NCBI GenBank assembly: GCA_030141605.1
Contig: JAQGDQ010000033.1
Location: 675,214 to 739,213 of the forward strand
Length of the DNA: 64,000 nucleotides
Reading direction: 5' to 3'
Origin: Tubiluchus corallicola
Lineage: Eukaryota > Animalia > Priapulida
In this document: one piece after another, positions 12,001-24,300 of the stretch
Numbering within the stretch: the first letter of the stretch is position 1
Layout of the letters: the number at the start of each line of letters is the position of its first letter
Notes under the pieces: model-generated
The model's input: the letters and a program-made list of their open reading frames with translations, nothing else
The model's database searches: none
Told to the model about the DNA's origin: nothing
Translations under genes and position numbers: made by a program

Positions 12001-15000
12001 TGTAATACGTTGTAACAAAGGAAAGAAGTTTTTTTGAGATGATACATACAGCTAGTGGCTAACCTTTTGAACATATTTCTTTGAACTGGAAGTAAATGCA
12101 TGTCTTAACATTTCTTTTACATTTATATTCTTTTTAGTTACGAAATTCAGCTGGTTGAGAGTGTCAGACGTAAAGGTCTTGGCAAATTCCTTATGCAAAT
12201 TTTAGAGCTTTTGGCATTCAGGTAAATTTGTGTAATAGATTTCCTGCATGTGCCGGATAACCAGTCACCAGAGATTTTTTCATGGTCTTGGTCTCGAATC
12301 CTGACATGGAAATTTATTCCGATTTACACACAGTGAAGTTTATTTTACCATTCATTAGGCAGAATTACCTAGTAGCATTTTGTCAGAACTCTAGTTAGCA
12401 AACTATTTGGGCAATTTCTTAAAATTTTGATTCTTTTTCATGTGGTGGGCAGGTACATAAACTTTGGTAAATAAATGGCCATTGGAACATAAACGTCTGA
12501 AACATGTATCTTGAAATTTATATTTGTGTGCTTGCAGACCAAAACCGTCCATAAGTAGGGCATAGTTAAAACTACGATATGATGCTTGAAAGTAGAATGC
12601 ATCAAAAATTCTGTCAAATGTCAATTTTTTGGTTTTTATAAAAGCAAATGCTAAATATATTGTAAATGTTAAAAAAATACTAAAAATCAAATTTTTAAGC
12701 CATGTACCCAATTTTCTGGCTAGGAACTACTATTGCAATTGTAAAAAACTTGTATTTTCAAACTCCAATAGTAGCTCGTGGAAGCAGTATTTTGCTTCGG
12801 GTTTTTTGCCAAGCCCAGATCTTCTTCAGAAAGAATCATCTATTGGATCTTATCGTAACTTCAATGTGTTCTTGCACATTTCGTAGCAACCAACATTTGT
12901 GCGGTTGCTAAGTGTTTTGCAGAAACGCGACAAAAAACAATGGGTAACTTTAACAGCAATTTTCTCAAGGTTATGTTTTTCACTGCATAGCCTGTACCTC
13001 AACTTCAACGTGGATTATCTCAACTTAGAAATAACATAGAGCAATGAACTTGGTATCAAAGTGATCCTCATGAAATGGAGATTCAGGATATATGAATAAC
13101 TAGAAAAACTTAATTGCCAACTTATGGACAAGTTTGCTGTGCAAGCACACATTTAACAACTTTTTTAGTGGCAGCAAAGGCTTGATGAGCAGAATGTAAT
13201 AAATGAAGTGAAAACTTAACTCCTGGTATGATAGCATCATTCAGCCAACTAATAAATTGTCAAAAGACATAACAAATCGATTCACATTTCAAGTTCAGGC
13301 AGCACTACTTGTGGCTTAATGTTGTCAGATTTACTGTTTTCATTGCTTTTGGGAATTCTTACTTTGTTAGTTAAACATTTACCATATAAATATATAGTTT
13401 ACCAACGTTTACAGCCTTTAAAATATTTTTCGTAAATTGTTTGGTGCCTTGTTTTTGTAAAACTATAGTTTCAACCTTGGTTTTGGTCTTGGTCTTAGTA
13501 TTGTTTTGACTGTAATAGTTTTGGTAGCGGTCTTAGTCTTGGTCTTGACAACTATGGTCTTGGGCTAATGTCTCTCAGTCATATTATTAACAATGAATTG
13601 ATACAACTTAATCAGATATAAGCTGCATGTTTTCTCAAATAAGTTGTAATTTAGTTAAACACTGTTTAGTTTTAATAGTGCATTATTGGGATGAGTCAAA
13701 CAGTTTATCTGCCAAATGCACTAGGCAAATCATAGGAAATAATGTGACAAATTTTAGTTTTTCTTATACTGGATTATTTTTGGGATATTACTAATTTTGT
13801 TCCCAAAGTCATCAGCTAAAGGTTGCGAAGTCTAAAAATTCTACATTCTTTGTGGTGTGGTGCTGCACCATCTTGCATGTTTTATATTAGAAATACGTGT
13901 ATATATGTCTGGAATATTAGACTATTTTTGTGATATTCCTAAAATATTTATTCAAAAAAGTTCGTTGAATAGGTTAGTTTGAATGTGTTCTCTGTGGTCT
14001 AGTACCAGTTTGATTATTTTACACTAGCACATTACATATGACTAATTTTTCCAAATTACAGAAAAGTTTATGTTGCTTACTTTTATAAATTTGACATTTT
14101 TAGTAGCATAATGTATTAGTAATGACATTGAAGTTTTTTATTACTGCGAAACCTGTAACAATTTTATTCTTACAAATTTTTGTTTGAAAAATAACAACTG
14201 TTGATGTTACAGAAAGAATAATAACAATAATATCAGTCTTTGAATTTTTGTAGAACTCGTATGAAGAAAGTAATATGTACAGTTTTCAATGTGAACAGCG
14301 AGTCTTCGGCATTTTTTAGAAGCTTAAGGTACAGCTAGCAAACTTTTTGCACCTAACCTGAACCAAAAGTCTACAGTTGGCTAACCCATGTGTTAGTTAA
14401 TGTATTTTTTTAAAAATTAAAATTTGAACAGTCAGAATTATTTAATTTGCAAACCATGACAGTTTATCTTTTGAAAAACTCGTTATTTTACCTGTTTCAC
14501 ATTAACTAGCACCACGGCATTATTCAAGGAGCTATCAAGTGTTGCATGGCATGCGGATGTGTCATTACCAGTTGCCGTTAATGACACAAAAAATTACTGA
14601 AGCTGAGCAATGGCTTCAAACTGCATAATGCAAGCTAACATGTTGACGCACTGGTTCTTCTTTCTGTGTCTGAATCATCGTGCTCACTTTATTCTGACTG
14701 TAAGTTACTATTACAGTAGCGCAAGTAGCTGCAGACCCACCAGCATCCGTATACTCATCTGCATACATATATTGTGCTTGATACACATTGTTTTACGCAC
14801 AATCAATAAATTAAATCCCATGGGCAGGGTGACCCTTTGCTTTTGGTGAATGGTACCGATTTGCCCATTATTTTAGGACTTGCTCTCATTATATGCAGTC
14901 AAAGAATAATCATGGGGCGGTAAAATTCCCTTATTATAAGCATAATCTCTTAATATTGGAGTTCACTGTAAACAAGGTTTAAATTTATTTTTTAAGCTTA

Positions 15001-15276
15001 AGAATTGATGAGACTTTGAAATTTATTCGTAATAACCAGAAGCTGTGTTATAACAGACCTCGTTATTGGTGGTTTATACTGTAATAATAAACAGTAATAG
15101 GTAGTCATAGTAATAAAATAAATTTTATGTTTAGATATGAAGTTGATGAAACTCAGCCAGATCCATTAATTGATGGTGAAGTTGATTATGAGATTCTTAG
15201 CAAGACTATTAACCCAACTGCATCAAAGGCATCTAATAAATCATCTCCAGCTAATGCATTTACTGCAATTTCGTAG
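6084..15276 (+). CDS. NAA40: N-alpha-acetyltransferase 40 (NatD; histone H4/H2A N-terminal acetyltransferase), 9 coding exons, ~239 aa
   Basis: Exons 6084-6089, 6878-6925, 7312-7362, 7541-7599, 9102-9197, 10220-10378, 12138-12221, 14254-14328, 15135-15276 (720 nt, all GT-AG). Protein [18 protein letters not shown]...[15 protein letters not shown]...LTKANMQ..YEQ...HFRFD...YCYEIQL...[15 protein letters not shown]...MKKVICTVF...YEILSK matches NAA40, including the GNAT acetyl-CoA motif RRKGLG. Confidence 0.95.
7716..7780 (+). repeat. Degenerate 5S-rRNA-like fragment (possible 5S-derived SINE), copy 1
   Basis: AAATTAAGCAGAGCTAAGCCTCGTTAGTTAATGAATGGG resembles the 5S internal control region (AAGCTAAGCAG..GCCTGGTTAGTACTTGGATGGG); related copy at ~50930. 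Confidence 0.4.
10557..11972. mobile_element. Non-autonomous DNA transposon, Kolobok-like (TTAA-flanked), copy 1, in NAA40 intron 6
   Basis: Begins TTAA|AG and ends CT|TTAT. Several long blocks align to 51253-52343, e.g. CTTCTGACAAA..GTGATCA, TTTGATT.GCGGGAGT, CTAGAGAT.CCAGTGA.GTCA. Superfamily call is tentative. Confidence 0.65.
12269..13575. mobile_element. hAT-like non-autonomous element with GGTCTT subterminal repeats, in NAA40 intron 7
   Basis: Starts CAGAGA..GGTCTTGGTCTCG, ends with a GGTCTT array then TGTCTCT; flanks CCAGTCAC / TCAGTCAT look like an eroded 8-bp TSD. Confidence 0.55.
12525..13151. mobile_element. MITE with ~32-bp imperfect TIRs, nested in the previous element
   Basis: Left TGTGTGCTTGCAGACCAAAACCGTCCATAAGT; right ACTTATGGACAAGTTTGCTGTGCAAGCACACA (near reverse complement). 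Confidence 0.8.
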
Positions 15277-17135
15277 TATAGTGCTTCACACTCAGAGTAT
15301 AATGCCCTGTGTATAACATATTCGTTAAAGCTATGTTTCATTGGCCAATTGCAAGCTTTTAATTAGTAACATTTGACAGCATAGCATTTTCATAAAATGC
15401 AGTTCTTTTAATCTGCTTTGATTCAGTAAATCTCAAGAATTTCAAGATACCTGCAAGGTTTGAAATTTGTAACTTTTCATTTTTAATAATGGGACAGTTT
15501 TATCTTACTAGTAAAAAAATCATTATTGATTTCAACTTTTGTAATAAGATCATGCATAGCTATTTTGATAAGCTATTGTTTTTTTGTGGTGTGTTTTCTC
15601 ATGGAACTTGTTTCCATTAAAGCAGTGTCGCTTTATATGCACCGTGTAAATATGTGTAATTGTTATTAAATTTTAAGCGTAATTGATGGTACCTGACATA
15701 TTTACGAAGAAAAATATACATTTTCTCATGTGACATTGTCAAACTTTTTGAAATACAAACATCAGCAAAAATGATGAGATTTTCTAGTGGTTTTACATTG
15801 GTTTATAAAATGTTATCTCCATAAAATGATTCTAATGTTATTTTAAATAATTAGTGATTTTAATCAAACTTTGTGCCATGCGTTATGATTAGCTAGTCAA
15901 AAATGTGTAAATCTGTTGCTTCAGATATCTGTCCATTAAAATTATTACCTTTGGTTGATAAATAAAACATATCGATAATAAAATAAACTCTATTAAAGCA
16001 AGCGGTCCTCAGTGGTTACTGTGCTATGTTAGGTTTTTGAGCTTTACTAAACCCTCCACATGGTGGCACCCCTACTTCCAAAATGTTAGCTGTTTCGTTA
16101 TAATAGTGTAATGCCATAGGTGCAGCATACTTCTTTCACGATGACTAGAATGCCCTTACAAGTAAAATTAACATAACACTGCCAATTGAAACAATTAGCA
16201 AGACATGTGAAGAGACTGCACATTCATACAATGAATACTTTTTATGTGAAATTTCTTCGATTGCCGTGCTGATTGTCTATCACTAACTGCTGATGGCTTT
16301 TGCGGCATGATTTGGAGAGTTCAGTTAAGCCTTGAAACCTAATAAAGCATGATAAACTGATGATCGCTTGCCTTACACAGAGGTCTTTTGTGCCTGCGTG
16401 CATTTTCACTTGGTTTCAGTGGGTGTATTTATTTGCTTGCTTTTCTCTGAGCATTTTTTGCAATGCTCTACACCTGTGAGTTTTTAAATTATACTGCAAG
16501 ACTTTGTGAAAGTAATGTAACTGTTTTTTTTCTTTCTCATAATGGTAGTTCTGATTGTTGACAGTTTCACATTCTATGAAAGTATTACCCATGCAGTGAG
16601 ACATTTAGCTTTGTATAAATGCAAGTCATACAACACTTATGTACATTGAAAACATGCAGTCTCAAAATATTAGAGGTGGAATGTAAACCGGAAACATCTG
16701 GCTTCATATGCAATAAATTAAACTCTGTAGCACTTGATGACAAGCTAACTGATTGCAAGCACAGCTGTTGAGTGTAATGAATCGTGGAATACTGGTTAAG
16801 GGCTGCTTGTACAAGAGTAAGTTTGTAAACAAGTTGATTTTTCTGTGTTTATATTCATGCACTTGCCTTGCAATGCAGTGTAGTTACAGCACATATTTGG
16901 AGTAATTTGTGAGCTATGTTATGTAAACCTGTATAGAGAAATAGAACTACCGTAATTATGTTATTTGAAGATCTTTATCTAGAAAATAATTCAATGTCAG
17001 GCTTATGATAGGCACACTTTATCTGAAGCTTATTACTATCAATTATGCCAAGTGGTAATTGAATAAATTTATTATTCATTAATTTGTTGGTCGACAATGA
17101 TTTTCTGCACATATCTTACATATTAACAGTGTGAA

Positions 17136-18907
17136 ATGCAAGATATTAGTGATGATTTTGCAAACGCACAACTTTCATTTGATCTAGAAGTTGATCTAAC
17201 AGTACATCTACTAATAATAGTTTTGCTGTGTTGCACATGTATATAGTTTGCAGACTGTTATGTTTATAGAGTTGTGCTAGCATGTTATACATATCTGTCA
17301 AGTTGTTTAATGTTAAGGTGTGGTTTGATTTAAGAATGAATATATGTAAAACACTTGCAGGACATCATGAGTGTTGATGATGGTGAAGCAGTTCCTGTTA
17401 ACATTGTAGATGCAGAAACATCAAAGTTACCATGCAGTAACTGTGATGCGAAAGAACTTTGCACTGATGACGATAGCAAGCTTACAAAAAGCTCTGAAAA
17501 TGGCAACCGTCGAATGGTAAGCCGAAAGGTAAGATCCTTTTTTGTTATAATAATAAATGCTGCAGTACCTATTTGCATATAGCCAGAGTGCATTTGACAG
17601 CCACCATAATTTTTAATTTGTGAACGATTACTTGTTTACTCTTGTATTTACTTGCAGTTAATAGAGTTTCACCAATCACGTGCAATGGTCACCTGTCACA
17701 TAGAAGATTGCACCTTAAATAAGGCTATTCAACTAAAGATTGCGAAAATGCCAAAATGAAAAGTCAAATACAAAGAGTTAACTCAGTAAGACTCAAGCAT
17801 CACGTGTTAAGAGTGAAACACCGTGGCTGGGTAGCATCTTAGTAGGACAGAGGGTAAAACATAGTCAAGTTTATTTGGAACTGGATGAAACAATCTCACG
17901 AAATTCACTGCAGTTTTAACCGCTTAGATCCATCGTACTTGCTGGTTGGAAGCTCGTGTGGCCAGAAAGGCAAGCCTAGTAGATCGTACGTGCGCAGTGG
18001 AAATTTTATGCTTGAAACTGATTTGCCATGAAAATAGTTGCAAGGTTAAATACTGATCTGAACGTCATTGCTTGTGATAATAGGAATATGAGATCGAAGC
18101 CTATTATTTCATGCCATACATAAATTTTGTTCTCTTTGTGTAGTTTATAATTTTCTCTAATTAAATAGATTTTTTTATGTTTGCAGTGGGACCAGAACCT
18201 GACTCGTTATCAATAGAAAACCCTCCAAGATAAGCCACTGAACTCCCTTTCCCCTGGGTTGGAAGCTAAACAACCAGAATCAGTGTGATGACTATTTCAG
18301 AGAGTATCAAAAAGGTCTAGGCCTTACTATGACAAGTATACATGTAAGACTATGTGCCTATGAACTGGACCTCACAAATCAAGACTGCCTAATGGTTTAT
18401 GATATGGGCTATACTTTATGTATGACAAGAACTACAAGACTTCATTGTATACTATCCTGTAAGCATAATTTTGCTTATCAAACTAAAAAGGAAATGGGGT
18501 TTATTATGATAAAAATAGATGGAGAAACCAACATCTTATTTAGAGGAACCAAAAATTATACTTGGTGACAGCAAAGGGTTTATTAATAAATATGTGTTTA
18601 TATTATGTTTCAGATAAGTGTAATTAGAAGAATTAGGCGAAGCGAAATGTACATGAAGAACAAAGAAGACTGCTTGCAAATACTACAGCACATTCGCTCT
18701 GATGCAGCATTCCATGGGGCAATCGAAGACATGAATGCACAACTCAGATTACTCCAGTCTAAAATTGACCGTGCAAAAGAGCTGATCAAACTTAAAGCAG
18801 AGAGGGCAAAGATGGCAAAGCGCAACCTTGAGATATTGATGGCTGCCATGTGCTTTGGAGCATTTGTGATAGGTGTTTATACTGCTATTGTACTTCTGAT
18901 GCTTTGA
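17136..18907 (+). CDS. Small protein (~175 aa): acidic N-terminus, coiled coil, C-terminal transmembrane anchor; weakly CCDC167-like
   Basis: Exons 17136-17201, 17361-17528, 18614-18907, all phase 0 and GT-AG. The last exon encodes ISVIRRIRRSE...LRLLQSKIDRAKELIKLKAERAKMAKRN plus hydrophobic LEILMAAMCFGAFVIGVYTAIVLLML*. The first exon is the least certain. Confidence 0.62.
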
Positions 18908-20194
18908 TGCACCTGTCTTATGGTGTATATGGCAGAAGTTTTGAAAGATTGTGCGATGAGGTTAAAGTTCAAACCTGCGTGTAACCAAATAACACCAATA
19001 GTGATGCATCCGGACCGAGAATTTTTCTGGTAGTGACTAGTGCTGATTCGACTTATGTAATACATGTAGTGTCTAATAAATGAAATGCAGCTGTTGTTCG
19101 AAGTATGTGAGCAAATGAATATTTTCTCTCAGAATGAACTGCCATCTGCATGTGAACACACCCTTAGATATGCACATATAAGCCTGTAATTGTCAAATGG
19201 AGGCCTGGTAAATTGTCAAATAAATGCAGGTATTAATCGCATGATACAAAAACTACCAAATATTAACTGTTAACTCAATTCCATTTGAAAGCTCCTGCAT
19301 CATGTTGTCAAAAACTGCAGTGTAGTTCTTGTAACAAAATCAGTTTTAGTAATAGAATTGACGTCTGCTAGAGGAGTGCCACCCTGAGTGGTAGTGTATT
19401 TAGGATTCTACATAGGCTCTTTTTAGTATTTACTCCAAAAGCTGGTGCTTGCAGCAGGATAATTTGTTTCCTTAAATTTTCTTTTTTTGGGCTTACATAA
19501 AATGCGCAACTAAACATAAAGAGTTTTATGCTAGATATGAAAGGGAACACAAACAATCATGTAGAATTTACTGTCATTAATAATTTTCATGAATACGGCC
19601 ATTACTATATTGTATTACCTTGAATACACAATTCAAATAAAATCAAATTCATAGTTAAAATTTTAATTTGGTAAAAAAAATTAAGTATGTATGTCATGAG
19701 AAAAAGAACAATAAAACATAACTTATATTACAAAGACAAGTACTGAAAATTTGTTTATTACCAAAATTTCAGCACTTGTTTAATTGGCCAATAAGTTTGA
19801 TTGGCAAGACAACTAGAATAGTTAAGCATAGAACTGGCATATCAACAATTTTAAAATCATATAAACAAACATAAGTACAAACCCGTTAATTTACTACCTA
19901 TGGTTAATTGGCTGGAACAAGATAAATTGTTAATTGTAAATTGTGATTCTGTAATAGCAAATTGCGTCTGTTGGTATCTAAAAATGCTTTTCACTTCAAA
20001 AAAGCAGACAGTTACTAAAACGTGTCAATGGAGGTCAATAAACAAAGCTTTTTATAATAAGTAGTGAATACAACTGGCAGAAAAATTGATGGCAAAATTA
20101 CACATTCCTAGCTTCGAGAATGACAGGAAAATTTAATGCAAGCATACGGAACATGAGCATAACTAATAGAGACTAGTGCAATGCATCTCACAAA

Positions 20195-20244
20195 AATATG
20201 ATACACCACAATCAGTGTTAATATGATACACCACAATCAGTGTT
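20195..20244. repeat. Perfect 25-bp tandem duplication
   Basis: AATATGATACACCACAATCAGTGTT x2, downstream of the FUT8 stop. Confidence 0.9.
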
Positions 20245-21327
20245 GACCTATTACAATGAATACTAAAACTATACAAATGTTAAAATGTATTACTAAATTT
20301 ACTGAATCTTACATTTTCCAGGAACTTGAACCTAAAGACAAGCAATGTTTACTACAGAAAGGAGACGTATTTTCTAAATAAATTCCAATATGCAGATGAG
20401 TACTCAAACGTCTAGCAGACATAATGACAACTTCAGAGAGGTGCTGTTGCAATAATAAATGCACTTGTAGCAAAAGTGCATAAACAACGAAATAGTAAAA
20501 TAGCACTACTTTATTGGTTTCAGACAAATTTTACGTGTTTGCAACATGTATTGAAAAGTTTACAACTTGGCACAGAAAAAATTGACATTCACACAAACAC
20601 AAACCTTATCACTTAAAGGTATTTGAACCAAACGGAAAATGCACAGACTGAGATAAATTACAAACTAATTGCTGTATTAAGCAACTCCTGTAATCTAAAA
20701 TTCAACATAACATGAAATATTTAACGCAAACATGCAATATCACAGTTAAGCAAAATTTTCATATCTTTTGTAGTATCAACTAGCAAGTATAAAACCTATT
20801 TCAATGACTACCAGTATAAAATCTATTTTTCCAATGACTTGCCAAATGTTTCATCATTTTGAAAATTACTGGTGGCATAACAAATGGTCTAAGTCAAACA
20901 GTGCCAGTGTTTCTGCCAGATACAGCTTATCAATTTTGAAATATGTACATCATGGAACATACGAAAACTACATTTTATTCTTATTTGAAATTAACAACCG
21001 TCCTTTAGCAAAATGGCATAGGTCTCCCGAGGATTGCTTTTCTCCATACACAGCTAATTATTATACATGTTTATTAGTATGTCTGTGTTACAGAATATCA
21101 CTTAGAAATATTGGTCCACATACACCCACAAACCATTACTCTCAATCAAAATTAATTTGTAAAACATCTTTGTTCACAATAGTAGTAGCAATGAAAAAAG
21201 TAACAGCACAGTGGAAATGTAACATGCTTAACAAAAAAAAATGTTATTAAAAAGTGCCAAATGGTTTCACAGAGAAAAGCTATAAAACAGGGAAGAAGGC
21301 CGGTATACTTTATTACTTCCCCTTTTA

Positions 21328-24300
21328 CTATGAGTCATCATTATATGGAGGTATATCTACTAAAATGAATTCTTCTTCAGCTTTAAAAGAAGGGTACAGA
21401 CCACGGTCTCCGGTTCTCCTGTTTGTTCCCTTTGAGTAACCATCCCAATGATTACCTGCAATTCCCACAATATCACCCACTTCAAGGTCAATTTCATTTG
21501 GACGTTGCTTTTGATGAGGATAAATGGCACGTTGGTTATGCGCATGTTGACCACCAAAATAATAGATATCATCCAGTGATCTGAACCATGTAGATGCATC
21601 TGGATGTATGGCATTCATCATTTCATACGCAACACGGCACACCTAGAATATAGTAACTTAATAATCATAGTTTTGCAAGATTACAATGTTTAACGATTAC
21701 AGGTTATAGTTAGTCACATTTGCAACTATGTAATATAAACTGAAAATAAATATGAGAATATATATTCCCTACATATTATTTTATAATGAAAAGCAACAGA
21801 GTGTGCATATCATAAAGGCTATAATCAAATTGCACATTACGTCACAGAAGTTCCCTCCTCCCACTCCCTTAATCATACAAGTATCCGACTATTCCATCTT
21901 TAGTACATATTACGAACATGAACAGCACACATTTTCTCAGTGACTACATATTCCGTAACCTCTTTGTGCACTCTGCGTGATTTTAGGAAGCTTAGTGCGT
22001 AACATAAGCTTGGACTAATTAGACTCGTTGTTACAAGTGAAAACAGTTTCCTCAGATTGTGCCCAGGTATGCAACTTAATAATGCAAGAAGTCACAAAAT
22101 CATAGTAAACTTAACGGAAATTTTTAACAATTGCTTTATTACAATGTTTTATGAATCTGCACAACTATAATTTAAAAACAATAGGGCTTCTAAAACTCGG
22201 AGTATTCTGTTAATGGGCATGACTTCAAAACTGTTATCACTCGTTCCTGAATATAAAACGAAGATGTGAGACCAAACATTGAATACTTTGTGTGAAAATT
22301 CCACTAGTTTTTTTTTGTGGAACAGCGACAAAGAGAGAATGTTCACTGCACCATGACATAAAAAATAGCTCACTTGCCACAAGAAGTAAAACTTACGGAC
22401 CTGAGAAGAAAATGTACAAACGAGATAATCTGTCTGAGACAAAAAGTAAATATCGATTATAATGCCCCGCAAAGCAGCATCCGAGTATCGCTGACTCAAT
22501 CCTGCAGTTTGGGCTATGGTTTCATCACCCAAAAAACGATATTTGGGATACCTGCAACAACATTTGCACAGCAAAATTAATTATAGAACCCGATAAAAGT
22601 AATATACTCTTTAGAAAACTAAATCTTGGCTGCAAAATGCACATTTGCACTTTTACGATTACACTGACAAAATCAAAGACAGCGTAAAAAGGCTGTCATA
22701 AAGTTAAAATACACACCTTTTGGAGAAAACAAAAAACTTGTATTGTGTAATGATGCTACCTGACTTTTCAACTAAGGGTAACTTGTAGACACCAGTAGAC
22801 AATAACTTCAATTATTAGGTATTATTTCTTCAAGTATACAATTAGTTCAAACCATGCTTTTTATCAAATGCACTCCCATGTTGTTTAATGGTCAAAAAAG
22901 CAGGCCTATTTAGTATGTATTATCAGCAACTAGTTAACAAAAAAGCATACCTTTTTGTTGCCTCAATAATTACGCGAGGTTCATCAGTCGCAAGATAGAC
23001 CTGCCTGACCTTCACAGGATGGTTAATTTCTAGTCTCTGGTACCATTCTTCTACGTGATACATGTATTCGTCAATGGAATGCAATGCTGCTTCTGTGCCA
23101 ACTTTATCTGTTCTTCTCACATGCACACTAAAAAACAAAAAATTCCAATTGTTGCAAAGCTATTACTTAATAAAAAATATAATAAATACAATCAAACAAA
23201 ATCTGACTGGAAGAAAAGAAATTCTAGCTTACATTTTTGATTTTTAATTTAGACACAATGTGAAAAACTCCATAATTATGGTAGATATTTCCCTTTATTT
23301 TCTGCTTCACAAAATATACAGTAAAATGTGTTTCATACCCCACTATAGGAGAAAAAAATCCGATTCTTTCTCTAGTGCGCTCGATATCTTCTGCAAGCTC
23401 TGGCTGAAGACGATTAAGATATTTTACAAACTGGCCAACCCACCACACAGAAGGGTTACCATGGAAGCGTAGCAAACGTTCTGAAAGATCCTTGGGAATT
23501 GAGAGTGGCAAAGCCTCTGGCCTTGGCCGAACACTGTCTACAATAGGCAGGCTTATTACTTGTGCGTCTTTGATCCTCTCCGGTGCTGACAAATATAAAA
23601 GAGTTCAATTATTTTAGAATGCAGTTAACACTGATTAGCACACTGCATGGAATTCTGAATGGTCAAACGAATGTTTACTTAAGTAACCAAACATGTACTC
23701 TATATTGTTTAGCAAAAGGAGTGTTAGCAGCTTTTAATTTACAGAGAAATATAATTCAGAAGTTAATCACATAGGTCACACATAAGATTAGATAAAGACA
23801 AAAATCAAGCCAATATTTTAGCGCATTATATGCAATGATCAGCTATGTCTAAGTAATTAGTGTATCACAGAACTAGTTGTACTGATATATAAATCAACAA
23901 AATTTGCAAACAGAAATCTAAAATCATTGAATTGTAAATACGTTCAATAGTACTGCTTCACTCATTTTGTTAAAGGCAACTAATAGTAGATATTGTTTTT
24001 AGCAAACTGTATCCAATAATTAATATAGTAAACAATAATACTGTTAAATGTTCCATGAAGCTTGGTTGGTGCTCATAAAAAGTTATGTACATCAAAATGT
24101 GTTTTTAAAATTAATGGTTATACAACATGAATGAATGGGTTAAGCATTTCTAGTAAGATAGCACAAGGAGGTTGAGTAAACTTGTCCAATAAACACTTTG
24201 GCAGACCACTTCTCTAATCATTACTATTATAAAGGAAAAAATGAAAGTAGTAATAAATAATGAATTTTCATAGTAAGAAAACAAACAAACTGCAGGCTTT

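Noticed and set aside
20804-21250. 148-aa plus-strand ORF
   Set aside because: No recognisable motif; antisense to the FUT8 3' UTR region.
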